In this document: positions 1 to 6,941 of the stretch, piece by piece
Position numbering within the stretch: position 1 is the first letter of the stretch
Layout: every line of letters starts with the position of its first letter
From: Chthoniobacteraceae bacterium
GTDB taxonomy: Bacteria; Verrucomicrobiota; Verrucomicrobiia; Chthoniobacterales; Chthoniobacteraceae
Direction of reading: 5' to 3'
Assembly (NCBI GenBank): GCA_031409335.1
Contig: JANNWY010000129.1
Span: 1-14,378 of the forward strand
Length of the DNA stretch: 14,378 nucleotides
Translations under genes and position numbers: made by a program
The notes under the pieces: model-generated
What the model saw: the letters and a program-made list of their open reading frames with translations, nothing else
Told to the model about the DNA's origin: nothing
Database searches by the model: none

Positions 1-103
1 CGTTTGGCGTTGAGCCCCGCGCAGCGGCCTCTCGATTTTTTGCTGCGCCATCCGCAGCGATGGTGCCTGCGGCAGGCTCAACGCCAAACGCCAAACGCCA
101 AAC
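1..103. repeat. Heptamer-tailed palindromic element (GCCAAAC variant), truncated by the window edge
   Basis: cgtttggcgttgagcc (1-16) is the reverse complement of ggctcaacgccaaacg (75-90). The right arm is cctgcggcaggctcaac followed by (gccaaac)x3. Same architecture as the elements at 5864-6050 and 6756-6900. Confidence 0.8.
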
Positions 104-137
104 TTCAAATGGGGACACCACCCTTTTACCACGCTGC

Positions 138-431
138 CTACGGCCCCGGCGGCGTCGGCGGCGGGGGCGTGGGGGTGCCGCCGGCTCCGTGGCGATCCAC
201 GATCACCCGCGCGGTGCGATAGCTGCCGTAGAGGGTCGGATTCGTCAGGCGGAAGCGATTCATCAGCGGATCGAGCTGGGCGCGCAGCAGCGTCTTGCCC
301 TAGCGATCCAGCGCGGGGATCGACGCCGTCACGCCGGAACGCTCCGCGGTGGCTTCGCGCGGTTTATTGATCCACGGCGCAAACGCCGTCCGCGCCGTGT
401 TGATCGCCGTCACTTGCGCGGGCGTGCAAAT
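138..431 (-). pseudogene. 3' remnant of a hypothetical protein gene with an in-frame TAG; the 5' part is lost at the REP-like repeat
   Basis: One frame reads ICTPAQVTAINTARTAFAPWINKPREATAERSGVTASIPALDR*GKTLLRAQLDPLMNRFRLTNPTLYGSYRTARVIVDRHGAGGTPTPPPPTPPGP*. Codons are GC3-rich on both sides of the TAG at 300-302. There is no start codon between the repeat edge (433) and the coding-like sequence. Confidence 0.65.
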
Positions 432-432
432 T

Positions 433-499
433 CTGCCATTTCGACCGGGGCGGAGGCGGGCCTGTGGGCGGAGCGGAGTGGAGAAACCTCTCACTTTTC
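433..499 (+). repeat. REP-like repeat, copy A (67 bp)
   Basis: ctgccatttcgacc...gagtggagaaacctctcacttttc. Matches the reverse complement of 1017-1083 at 61 of 67 positions (manual comparison). Confidence 0.9.
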
Positions 500-570
500 T
501 TCGCGCGGGCGAAGGTGGTGGGTAAGCGCATGCTTTGCTCCGCCCCGCCTTCGCCCGAAAGGCAAAGTTT

Positions 571-610
571 GAGGTTTCTCCACTACGCTTCGCTTCGGTC
601 GAAATGACAG
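571..610 (-). repeat. REP-like repeat, copy B (short 40-bp form)
   Basis: gaggtttctccactacgcttcgcttcggtcgaaatgacag. Shares both end segments with copy C but lacks the inner GC-rich segment. Inverted relative to copy A. The A-B spacer has its own inverted repeat, cgggcgaagg...ccttcgcccg. Confidence 0.9.
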
Positions 611-650
611 GCTTTTTCGATTGCCGCTGGGCGGCGTCACCTTTTCGCGC

Positions 651-986
651 TCACGGCATCTCTTCCGGCGAAAGCGGTTCATCCATCTTCGGCAGTTCCT
701 CCAAAATCTCTGCCGACAAATCCTCCCATCCCGGATTCATCCGCCCGATCAGCCAGTCCTTCTTTTCGCGCCGCCATTTCTTGATCTGCGTTTCGCGGGC
801 GATGGCATCGCGCACGTCGTGGAAGACTTCGTAGTAGACGAGGTGGAGCGTGTGATATTGCGCGGTGAAGCCGCGTTCCTGATGCCGGTGTTGCTGGATG
901 CGGGCGAGGAGCGAATTCGTCATGCCGATATAGATCGTGTGCCGGTTGGTGGAGGATAGGATGTACACGTAGAAAGTTTCACACAT
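651..986 (-). CDS. Small stand-alone GIY-YIG nuclease superfamily protein (UPF0213/YhbQ-like)
   Basis: FYVYIL..TIYIGMTN.L..R..QH, then GFTAQY..LVYYE, AIARE.QIKKWRREKK and NPGWEDL. These are the characteristic motifs, including the conserved Arg and Glu. Confidence 0.93.
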   Translation of the reverse strand: MCETFYVYILSSTNRHTIYIGMTNSLLARIQQHRHQERGFTAQYHTLHLVYYEVFHDVRDAIARETQIKKWRREKKDWLIGRMNPGWEDLSAEILEELPKMDEPLSPEEMP

Positions 987-1016
987 CGCAAGCGAAGCAT
1001 AGCTTACTCAGATTGG

Positions 1017-1083
1017 GAAAAGTGAGAGGTTTCTCCACTGCGCTCCGCCCACTGGCCCGCCTTCGCTTCGGTCGAAATGACAG
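1017..1083 (-). repeat. REP-like repeat, copy C (67 bp)
   Basis: gaaaagtgagaggtttctccactgcgctccgcccactggcccgccttcgcttcggtcgaaatgacag. Inverted partner of 433-499. Confidence 0.9.
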
Positions 1084-1103
1084 GAGTTGGATTTCTTGCT
1101 GCC

Positions 1104-1133
1104 TTGCCACGCGCACCGCTGCCGCCGCATTCT
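1104..1133 (+). promoter_or_regulatory. Candidate sigma70-type promoter for a leaderless transcript
   Basis: TTGCCA-N18-CATTCT ends 6 nt before the GTG at 1140. No Shine-Dalgarno is visible. Confidence 0.3.
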
Positions 1134-1139
1134 CGCGAA

Positions 1140-1871
1140 GTGAATTCCACCAAAGTCCAAAAAGCAGTCCTCCTCGCGGCAGGAAAAGGCACGCGAATGC
1201 GCGAGCTGACTAACGACCTTCCGAAGCCGATGATTCCCGTGCGGGGGAAGCCGATCTTGCAACACATCGTCGAAGGCCTCGCGGCGGCGGGGATCACGCG
1301 TGTTCTGATTGTCGTCGGATACCGTGCGGAAGTCGTGCAGGAATTCTTCGGCGATGGGTCGAAGTTCGGCGTTTCGGTGGAATACACGACGCAGGTCGTG
1401 CAGGACGGAACCGGGCGGGTGGTGGCGCTGGCGGAGGAATTTGCGGGCGCTGATCCATTCATCCTGAGTTACGGCGACATCCTGATTACGCCGGAGAATT
1501 ACAAACGTCTCGTCGATCTCGGCGACGCGGAGGCGCTGGTGAGCGTGAAGCACAATCCCGGCGAAGTCGCAAAGGGCGGCGCGGTGTTTGTGAATGAGCG
1601 TTTTGAGATGACCGATCTCCGCGAGAAGCCGCAGCCGGGCGAGCCGACGAGCCCTTGGTATAACGCGGGCGTTTACACGTTTCGCCCGGGCATTTTCACC
1701 CACATCGCGCAGCTCCAGAAATCACCGCGCGGCGAATACGAACTCACGGATGCGATCCGCGCGCTGGCACAGAGCGGGAAGGTGGTGCGCGTGTTCGAGC
1801 TGACTGGCGAGTGGGCCGATGTGCGCGATCCGGAGGTGCTCGCGGAACTCAACGCCCCGCCAGTCTCCTAG
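1140..1871 (+). CDS. Sugar-1-phosphate nucleotidyltransferase (NTP_transferase family, glucose-1-phosphate thymidylyltransferase-like)
   Basis: KAVLLAAGKGTRM..LT...PKPMIPV.GKPIL, YGD, EKP, NAGVY and SPRGEYELTDA motifs. GTG at 1140 is preferred because the ATG at 1077 lies inside the repeat. Confidence 0.92.
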   Translation: MNSTKVQKAVLLAAGKGTRMRELTNDLPKPMIPVRGKPILQHIVEGLAAAGITRVLIVVGYRAEVVQEFFGDGSKFGVSVEYTTQVVQDGTGRVVALAEEFAGADPFILSYGDILITPENYKRLVDLGDAEALVSVKHNPGEVAKGGAVFVNERFEMTDLREKPQPGEPTSPWYNAGVYTFRPGIFTHIAQLQKSPRGEYELTDAIRALAQSGKVVRVFELTGEWADVRDPEVLAELNAPPVS

Positions 1872-2368
1872 CGATCGGGGTCCAGCACGTCTTCGGTCCT
1901 GTGCTGGGCGAGTTCCGGCCGCTTCAACGTCACCACGAAAACCTGCTGTTCGTAGCTCAGGCTGACGGTGCCATCGCCGATCTGCTGCACGCGGACTTTC
2001 ATCGGCGCGCCGCCCTTTGGCATGCGGATGAATTCGCCCTCGCTGTAGGCACGTCCATTCAAGACGGCGAGCGAGGGATTTCCGAGCATGATGCTCGTCA
2101 CGGTGAATGCGTTTTCGTCGAGCTTTGCCTTCGGCGCCTGCGTGATTTCGGTGCGGGTTTCGTTTTTCCTTTTCACCCAACCGATCGGCCAGAATGGCGC
2201 GCGGCGCGCGGCGGCGAGCGTGAAGGTGGACTTGTTCTTCAAGTCGTATTTTGAGCCTGCCGCACCCGAAGTTGCTTCGGATCCGGCACCGGGCTCGGTC
2301 GCGTGAGCGCTGCCGAGCGCTGTCGCCGCGATGGTCGTGATCAGGATTGTGCGAAGGGATGCGTTCAT
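1868..2368 (-). CDS. Exported protein, PilP/GspC-HR-like (type IV pilus assembly), 166 aa
   Basis: Likely start MNASLRTILITTIAATALGSAHA (signal peptide), overlapping the upstream stop as ATGA. Contains RAPFWP and the beta-rich FTVTSIMLGNPSLAVLNG..YSEGE..VRVQQIGDGTVSL. Fourth of the pilM-N-O-P-like genes. Confidence 0.7.
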   Translation of the reverse strand: MNASLRTILITTIAATALGSAHATEPGAGSEATSGAAGSKYDLKNKSTFTLAAARRAPFWPIGWVKRKNETRTEITQAPKAKLDENAFTVTSIMLGNPSLAVLNGRAYSEGEFIRMPKGGAPMKVRVQQIGDGTVSLSYEQQVFVVTLKRPELAQHRTEDVLDPDR

Positions 2369-2931
2369 TGTTTTACGAGATTGTTGACGGTCATCAGGAT
2401 GTGTTGGGCATCGACGTCTTCGCGGGTGGTATCGATCATCATGGTCGCGATTTCGACGAGCGGTTCTTCGTTTTCGAGTTGGGCGATGGCGGCGGCGAAA
2501 GGGATGAAATCCACCCGCGGCAAATCCACGCTCCAGGAGATGCGCCGGTAGCCAGGAAGGTTTTTGTCGGCGAGTTCCGTGCTCATCCGCGTCGCGGCTT
2601 TGTCCATGCCTTGTTTTTTGAAGAAATCGCCGAGCCGTGTCGGGAACCACGCGACCGGCGAACCGTCGGGAATCATGGCGCTGACTTGCGCCAGCGTTTG
2701 CTGGGCCTTCGGTGCGGCCGCCTCGAGTGTGGCGGTCTTCTTCACCTGCGCGTGGGCGGCGGCGATTTTGGGATCGAGGTCCACGATGTTTTGGCGGACA
2801 CCCGCCTGGCGCTGCGTGAGCGGGCCGAGCAGGATGTTGAAATACACATAAACGAGGCCCACGAGCATCAGGCTGCCAAGGACGAGTTTTTGGATTTCGG
2901 CTTTTCCGAATTTGAAGTCTCCGAGTTTCAT
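2365..2931 (-). CDS. pilO: PilO/GspM-like inner-membrane type IV pilus assembly protein
   Basis: One N-terminal TM helix, then a coiled coil, then a ferredoxin-like C-terminus (FIPFAAAIAQLENEEPLVEI). ATGA-coupled to the upstream gene. Confidence 0.7.
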   Translation of the reverse strand: MKLGDFKFGKAEIQKLVLGSLMLVGLVYVYFNILLGPLTQRQAGVRQNIVDLDPKIAAAHAQVKKTATLEAAAPKAQQTLAQVSAMIPDGSPVAWFPTRLGDFFKKQGMDKAATRMSTELADKNLPGYRRISWSVDLPRVDFIPFAAAIAQLENEEPLVEIATMMIDTTREDVDAQHILMTVNNLVKQ

Positions 2932-3578
2932 TTCTGTTTAGGGATGCGCGCGGGTGCTGCCGGCGCGGGTTCTTCGCTGCTTTGGAATTCGATGTTGATG
3001 GCGAACGTCGCGGTCGGCCGCGCGACTCCGTTGAGTTGCACGGTTTCCACACCGTCTTCCAGCGAGCGGAAGTTGGTCGTGACGTCCTTGTATTTCTTCG
3101 CGAACGATTCCGCGATTGAGGTCCGCAAATCCTCCGCGACCTTGCGCGGATCGGTGCCGGACGAGAGGCCGTCGATCGTGAGACGGCATTTTTTCGATGT
3201 TTCACCCAGCACGTCTCCCGTCATTTTTGTGAGCTGAGCTTCCGGCGGCACGGCATTGACGAGTTGCTCGATCATCGGCGCCCAGTAAAAGCGGCCCTCG
3301 ATCCGCTGCACCATGTTGTCGCCAGCGCGAATCGTCACCGAAAGTTCCTCCTCGCGGGCCTTGGCGGCGATGGCTTTGGGTTCGACGGTTTCGAATTCCG
3401 CCTGCTTCTGCGCAAACTCCTGGTAGATCACCCGCATCTTCGCCAACTGGAAAAAGTAGTATGCGGCGAAACACGCGGCGATCGCGCCGACGCCGATCAT
3501 GGAAAGTTTCAGCGGGTCACGCTTGCGCGCTCGTTCCGCCTGGAGGATTTCGTGATTGAGATTGAGACGTAGGGCCAT
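2928..3578 (-). CDS. pilN: PilN-like type IV pilus assembly protein
   Basis: N-terminal LRLNL motif (cf. the PilN INLLP motif), TM helix, coiled coil, then WAPMIEQLVNAVPPEAQLT..LTIDG. Directly follows pilM. Confidence 0.75.
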   Translation of the reverse strand: MALRLNLNHEILQAERARKRDPLKLSMIGVGAIAACFAAYYFFQLAKMRVIYQEFAQKQAEFETVEPKAIAAKAREEELSVTIRAGDNMVQRIEGRFYWAPMIEQLVNAVPPEAQLTKMTGDVLGETSKKCRLTIDGLSSGTDPRKVAEDLRTSIAESFAKKYKDVTTNFRSLEDGVETVQLNGVARPTATFAINIEFQSSEEPAPAAPARIPKQK

Positions 3579-3581
3579 GGG

Positions 3582-4622
3582 TTATGCAGTCAGGAGTTCG
3601 GCGGCAGCGCCGCAGGCGACGTTGAAATCTTGGGAGTCTTGCGCGAACCGGGCCTTTTTATCCCCGGAGACGGCGACATCGCAGCGCTCGGTCGCGGTCC
3701 ATGCCGAGCAGGGCAGTCGCAATTCTTCGCTCATCACTTTCACGAGCGTTTTCGATTTGGAAGGGCCGCCCGAAATCCAAATCTGCTGGATGGTTTCCTC
3801 GCGACGACCTTCAAAAAATCCGATCGAGCTGCCGATCTCGCGCGTCAGGACCATCAGCGCCATGCGCGTATTTTCGATCATCACCTCGTCCTCCTGCTCG
3901 AGCGCGGTGAAGACGGACTCGCGCGACTCGCCACTGAGCGCCATGAGCGTTTCGATGAGCAGCCTGCCGCCAAAATCGATCTGGCGCACGAGCACCAATT
4001 CGCGCTTCACGCCGATCATCATCGTCGCGCTCGTATGGCCGATATCGACGAGGAAAAATGAGCGCTGGTTGAAGATGTCCGGCTGGGCGAATTCAAACGC
4101 GTTGAACAAACAGATCGGCGCGATTTGCAGCGCGGAAAGCGGCTGGCCGCTTTTGCCAAACAACTCGGAAACCTGGCTCACCTGCGTCCGCGGCAGACCG
4201 CCGACGATGTATTTGCGCTGGCGCATTCCGGCGTTTCCACCGGGTGCCTCGGGCTCGCTCGATGGGATTTCATCGCAATCGAGCACGAAGCTTTTGCAAT
4301 CCTGATTCAGCAGCGCCATGCCGTTCAGCCGCAGCGCGTCGCGGAGGATATTCGTCGGCGTTTCCGGTTGCTCGATGATGCGGATGAGCGCATCCGGGCT
4401 GGAGATGCCGACTGCGCAGGTCTTGCTGCTGCCGCCCATCGTCTTGAGCAAAGTTTTTAATTCGCGCCCGAGCTGATCCACGCTCTCGATCGTCTCCGGC
4501 AGGAGTTGCGAGGCGAAGTGCGTGAGCGCATAACGATTCCCGCTCTTGCGTTGCAGCAACACGGATTTCAGGGAATACCGGCCGAGGTCGATCCCGATGA
4601 CGGAGGTTGGAGCTTTTGCCAT
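3582..4622 (-). CDS. pilM: PilM, actin/FtsA-like type IV pilus assembly protein
   Basis: VIGIDLG..SLK, LVDIGHTS, RQIDFGG, IWISGG.S and the C-terminal VACGAA motif. 346 aa. Confidence 0.88.
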   Translation of the reverse strand: MAKAPTSVIGIDLGRYSLKSVLLQRKSGNRYALTHFASQLLPETIESVDQLGRELKTLLKTMGGSSKTCAVGISSPDALIRIIEQPETPTNILRDALRLNGMALLNQDCKSFVLDCDEIPSSEPEAPGGNAGMRQRKYIVGGLPRTQVSQVSELFGKSGQPLSALQIAPICLFNAFEFAQPDIFNQRSFFLVDIGHTSATMMIGVKRELVLVRQIDFGGRLLIETLMALSGESRESVFTALEQEDEVMIENTRMALMVLTREIGSSIGFFEGRREETIQQIWISGGPSKSKTLVKVMSEELRLPCSAWTATERCDVAVSGDKKARFAQDSQDFNVACGAAAELLTA

Positions 4623-4624
4623 TT

Positions 4625-4933
4625 CTATAAAGAGGTAGCAGCCGATATGCCCGCGTTTCCCTCTTTCTTGAAATTCTCGTTTTGCTCCGCGGACGCGGCC
4701 TGCCCGTCGTCGTCAGCCACCGGGCGATGCTGCAAATCGGAGAGCATCTGTTGCAAAACTAAGAGCGCGGCGCAGCACGCGACGACGATCAGCATCACGC
4801 CACCCACCAGCAGCGCGGCGCGGCGCGGCGTTTTGTTTTCGGTCGCGCGTTTCTGCCGCGCGAGTGCGAGCTGGCAATCGAGGAGTTTGACGAGTTGCTC
4901 TGGCGTTGGTTCCGAGGTTCTGGTTTCGTTCAC
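4625..4933 (-). CDS. Small single-pass membrane protein (about 102 aa), first gene of the pil operon
   Basis: GTG start at 4933 (MNETRTSEPTPEQLVKLLDCQLALARQKR...) avoids overlap with the divergent protease. TM segment AALLVGGVMLIVVACCAALLVL. The stop lies 2 nt before the pilM start. Confidence 0.65.
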   Translation of the reverse strand: MNETRTSEPTPEQLVKLLDCQLALARQKRATENKTPRRAALLVGGVMLIVVACCAALLVLQQMLSDLQHRPVADDDGQAASAEQNENFKKEGNAGISAATSL

Positions 4934-4952
4934 GGCGCAATGATTGATTCCA

Positions 4953-5660
4953 ATGTCTGGTAGTTCCCCCGCTGAAAGAGCGTTTTTCGCGCCTCTCGTC
5001 GTCTTCCTCGGCATCATGATGCTCTCCCAAATGGTGAGCGGCATCTTCGATGGCCGCGCTTTCTGGGTCTTTTCCAAGGCGCAATACTGGATGCATCCGC
5101 TCCAGTTGCTCGTCTGCGGCATTCTGCTGATCCGCTGGTGGCACCACTACGAATTCCGCCCGCCGACGCGCGTATTTTTCACCGCGTTCATCGGCATCCT
5201 CGCGCTCGTGCTCTGGGTTTCGCCGCTCGCCTACATCGTCGAGCAATTCTTCCCAAAGCAGATCCGCAAGCCCGGCTTCGATCCCGCGTTCTTCGGCGCG
5301 GACGGCCTGCCGTATTGGCTGAATCTCGCGATTCGCTTCCTCCGCATGGTCATCATCGTGCCGCTCGTGGAGGAAATTTTCTGGCGCGGATTCCTGCTGC
5401 GCTGGCTCATCGACTCGGATTTTTTGAAAGTGCCCTTCGGCAAATTCCAGTGGAAAGCATTCAGCATCGTCACCCTGCTTTTCATGCTGGAGCACACCCC
5501 GCCCGACTGGCCCGCCGCGCTGCTCACCGGCGTGCTGTTCAATCTCGTCGCCATCCACACCCGCAGCCTCAGCTCCTGCGTCCTCGTCCACGCCATCACG
5601 AATCTCGGGCTCGGCCTCTACGTCATGCGCGACATCCCCGGCAGATCAGGTTTCTGGTAA
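4953..5660 (+). CDS. CPBP (Abi/CAAX Rce1-like) intramembrane glutamic endopeptidase, CAAX prenyl protease-related protein
   Basis: Multiple TM helices. EExxxR (VEEIFWRGFL), FxxxH (FMLEH) and HxxxN (HAITN) motifs are all present. Confidence 0.92.
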   Translation: MSGSSPAERAFFAPLVVFLGIMMLSQMVSGIFDGRAFWVFSKAQYWMHPLQLLVCGILLIRWWHHYEFRPPTRVFFTAFIGILALVLWVSPLAYIVEQFFPKQIRKPGFDPAFFGADGLPYWLNLAIRFLRMVIIVPLVEEIFWRGFLLRWLIDSDFLKVPFGKFQWKAFSIVTLLFMLEHTPPDWPAALLTGVLFNLVAIHTRSLSSCVLVHAITNLGLGLYVMRDIPGRSGFW

Positions 5661-5691
5661 ACCCGGCAAGGCTCCTGCTTTCTCGAAAAGC

Positions 5692-5838
5692 ATGGGTTCC
5701 ACGTTCACGCACAAATTCCTGCTGATGATCATCGCCGGCTTTTTCGCCGCGTGCCTCTTCTGGGCCTTCCGCCACATCATCCAGGAAGCGCTGTGGGAAA
5801 CGTCGGACGCGGGCTGGAAGGAAAGCCTGCACAAGTAG
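5692..5838 (+). CDS. 48-aa small membrane protein (not in the ORF track)
   Basis: MGSTFTHKFLLMIIAGFFAACLFWAFRHIIQEALWETSDAGWKESLHK*. One TM helix, GC3-rich codons, starts 31 nt after the protease stop. Confidence 0.6.
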   Translation: MGSTFTHKFLLMIIAGFFAACLFWAFRHIIQEALWETSDAGWKESLHK

Positions 5839-5863
5839 GCGCGGGTGGGGCAGGCCATTCGCG

Positions 5864-6050
5864 GGGGCCCTGCGGGCGGCTGAACATCGAACGTCGAACA
5901 TCGAACATCGAAAGCCGGACAAATCCTGCGCTCGCATCAGCTTCATTTGTAGTTCGACGAATTTCTGCGGCGTAGCGCAGTTCAGACTTCCGCGTTCGAT
6001 GTTCGACGTTCGATGTTCGATGTTCGAAGTTCAGCCGCCCGCAGGGCCCC
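5864..6050. repeat. Heptamer-tailed palindromic element, tails pointing inward
   Basis: Perfect 22-bp terminal inverted repeat ggggccctgcgggcggctgaac (5864-5885 / 6029-6050). Inside it are about 4 RTCGAAC units on the left and 5 GTTCGAN units on the right. Confidence 0.92.
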
Positions 6051-6080
6051 AGCCATCAGAACTCAGCGCCCCTCTTTTCT

Positions 6081-6104
6081 AACAAACCTCCGCCCCATCC
6101 GTCT
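6081..6104 (+). promoter_or_regulatory. Candidate ECF-sigma autoregulatory promoter
   Basis: AAC (6081-6083)-N16-CGTCT (6100-6104), the typical ECF -35 AAC / -10 CGT layout, about 90 nt upstream of the ECF gene. Confidence 0.5.
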
Positions 6105-6190
6105 CACCCCCGAACGATGAAATCCGACTCGCCCCCAAACCCCGCCCGCCGGACGATTCGCCGATGAATCCGCCGCCCTAGAAACTGGCC

Positions 6191-6739
6191 GTGAAAATGC
6201 CGGACGAAACCACGACCCCCACGCCGGAATGGGAGACGATCGAGCAGGTCTTCACCGCTCTCGAATCGCCCCTGCTTGCGTATGCGCGGCGGCTGCTCGG
6301 CGATTTCGCGGTGGCGGAGGACATCGTGCAGGACGCTTTTATGAAACTTCACATGCAATTTAAGAAGGTGCTCACGCCCCAGCCGTGGCTCTACCGCACC
6401 GTCCACAATCTCGCCGTCGATCATCAGCGCCGGTCCAACCGCATCACGCTTTTCGGCGATGGCAAAGACGAAGACTCACCCGCCAGCGACACCGCCGATT
6501 CCCAGCCAATGCCCGACGAACAAATCGCGCGCTGGGAAGGCATTGGCCTCGTCCGCCTCGTCCTCGAAACCCTCGACGACCGCAGCCGCGAACTCATCCG
6601 GCTGCGCTTCAACGAAGACCTTTCCTACAAAGAAATCGCCGACCGCACCGGCCTCACCACCGGCCACGTCGGCTACCTGCTCCACCACGCGCTGAAGGCG
6701 ATGGCCGTGGAGTTGGAGAAAACGGAGATCGCGAGATGA
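6191..6739 (+). CDS. ECF-type RNA polymerase sigma-70 factor
   Basis: Region 2: LLAYARRLLGD..AEDIVQDAF..WLYRTVHNLAVDHQRR. Region 4 HTH: LSYKEIADRTGLTTGHV. Alternative ATG at 6197. Confidence 0.95.
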   Translation: MKMPDETTTPTPEWETIEQVFTALESPLLAYARRLLGDFAVAEDIVQDAFMKLHMQFKKVLTPQPWLYRTVHNLAVDHQRRSNRITLFGDGKDEDSPASDTADSQPMPDEQIARWEGIGLVRLVLETLDDRSRELIRLRFNEDLSYKEIADRTGLTTGHVGYLLHHALKAMAVELEKTEIAR

Positions 6740-6755
6740 CTCTGCTGCTCCCCAT

Positions 6756-6900
<145 letters not shown>

Positions 6901-6941
6901 CGCCGGACGCCAACCGGTTCATTTCGCAACCGCATCCATTT

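Noticed and set aside
300..302. In-frame TAG as evidence of stop-codon recoding
   Set aside because: Intact genes here end in TAG (1869-1871, 1868-1870 on the minus strand, 5836-5838) and the remnant also lacks a 5' end, so decay is the simpler explanation.
433..1083. CRISPR array or classical IS element
   Set aside because: The repeats are inverted and irregularly spaced, with no spacer series, no cas gene, no DDE or HUH transposase and no target duplication.
2369..3205. N-terminal 279 aa of the 445-aa ORF 1868..3205
   Set aside because: Arg-rich off-frame overlap of pilN/pilO. The credible gene starts at 2368.
4934..5122. N-terminal extension of ORF 4625..5122
   Set aside because: It overlaps the CPBP protease antisense. 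The GTG at 4933 is more plausible.
6117..6181. Short upstream ORFs before the sigma gene (ATG 6117, ATG 6164)
   Set aside because: Only 16 and 5 codons, with nothing to separate them from chance.
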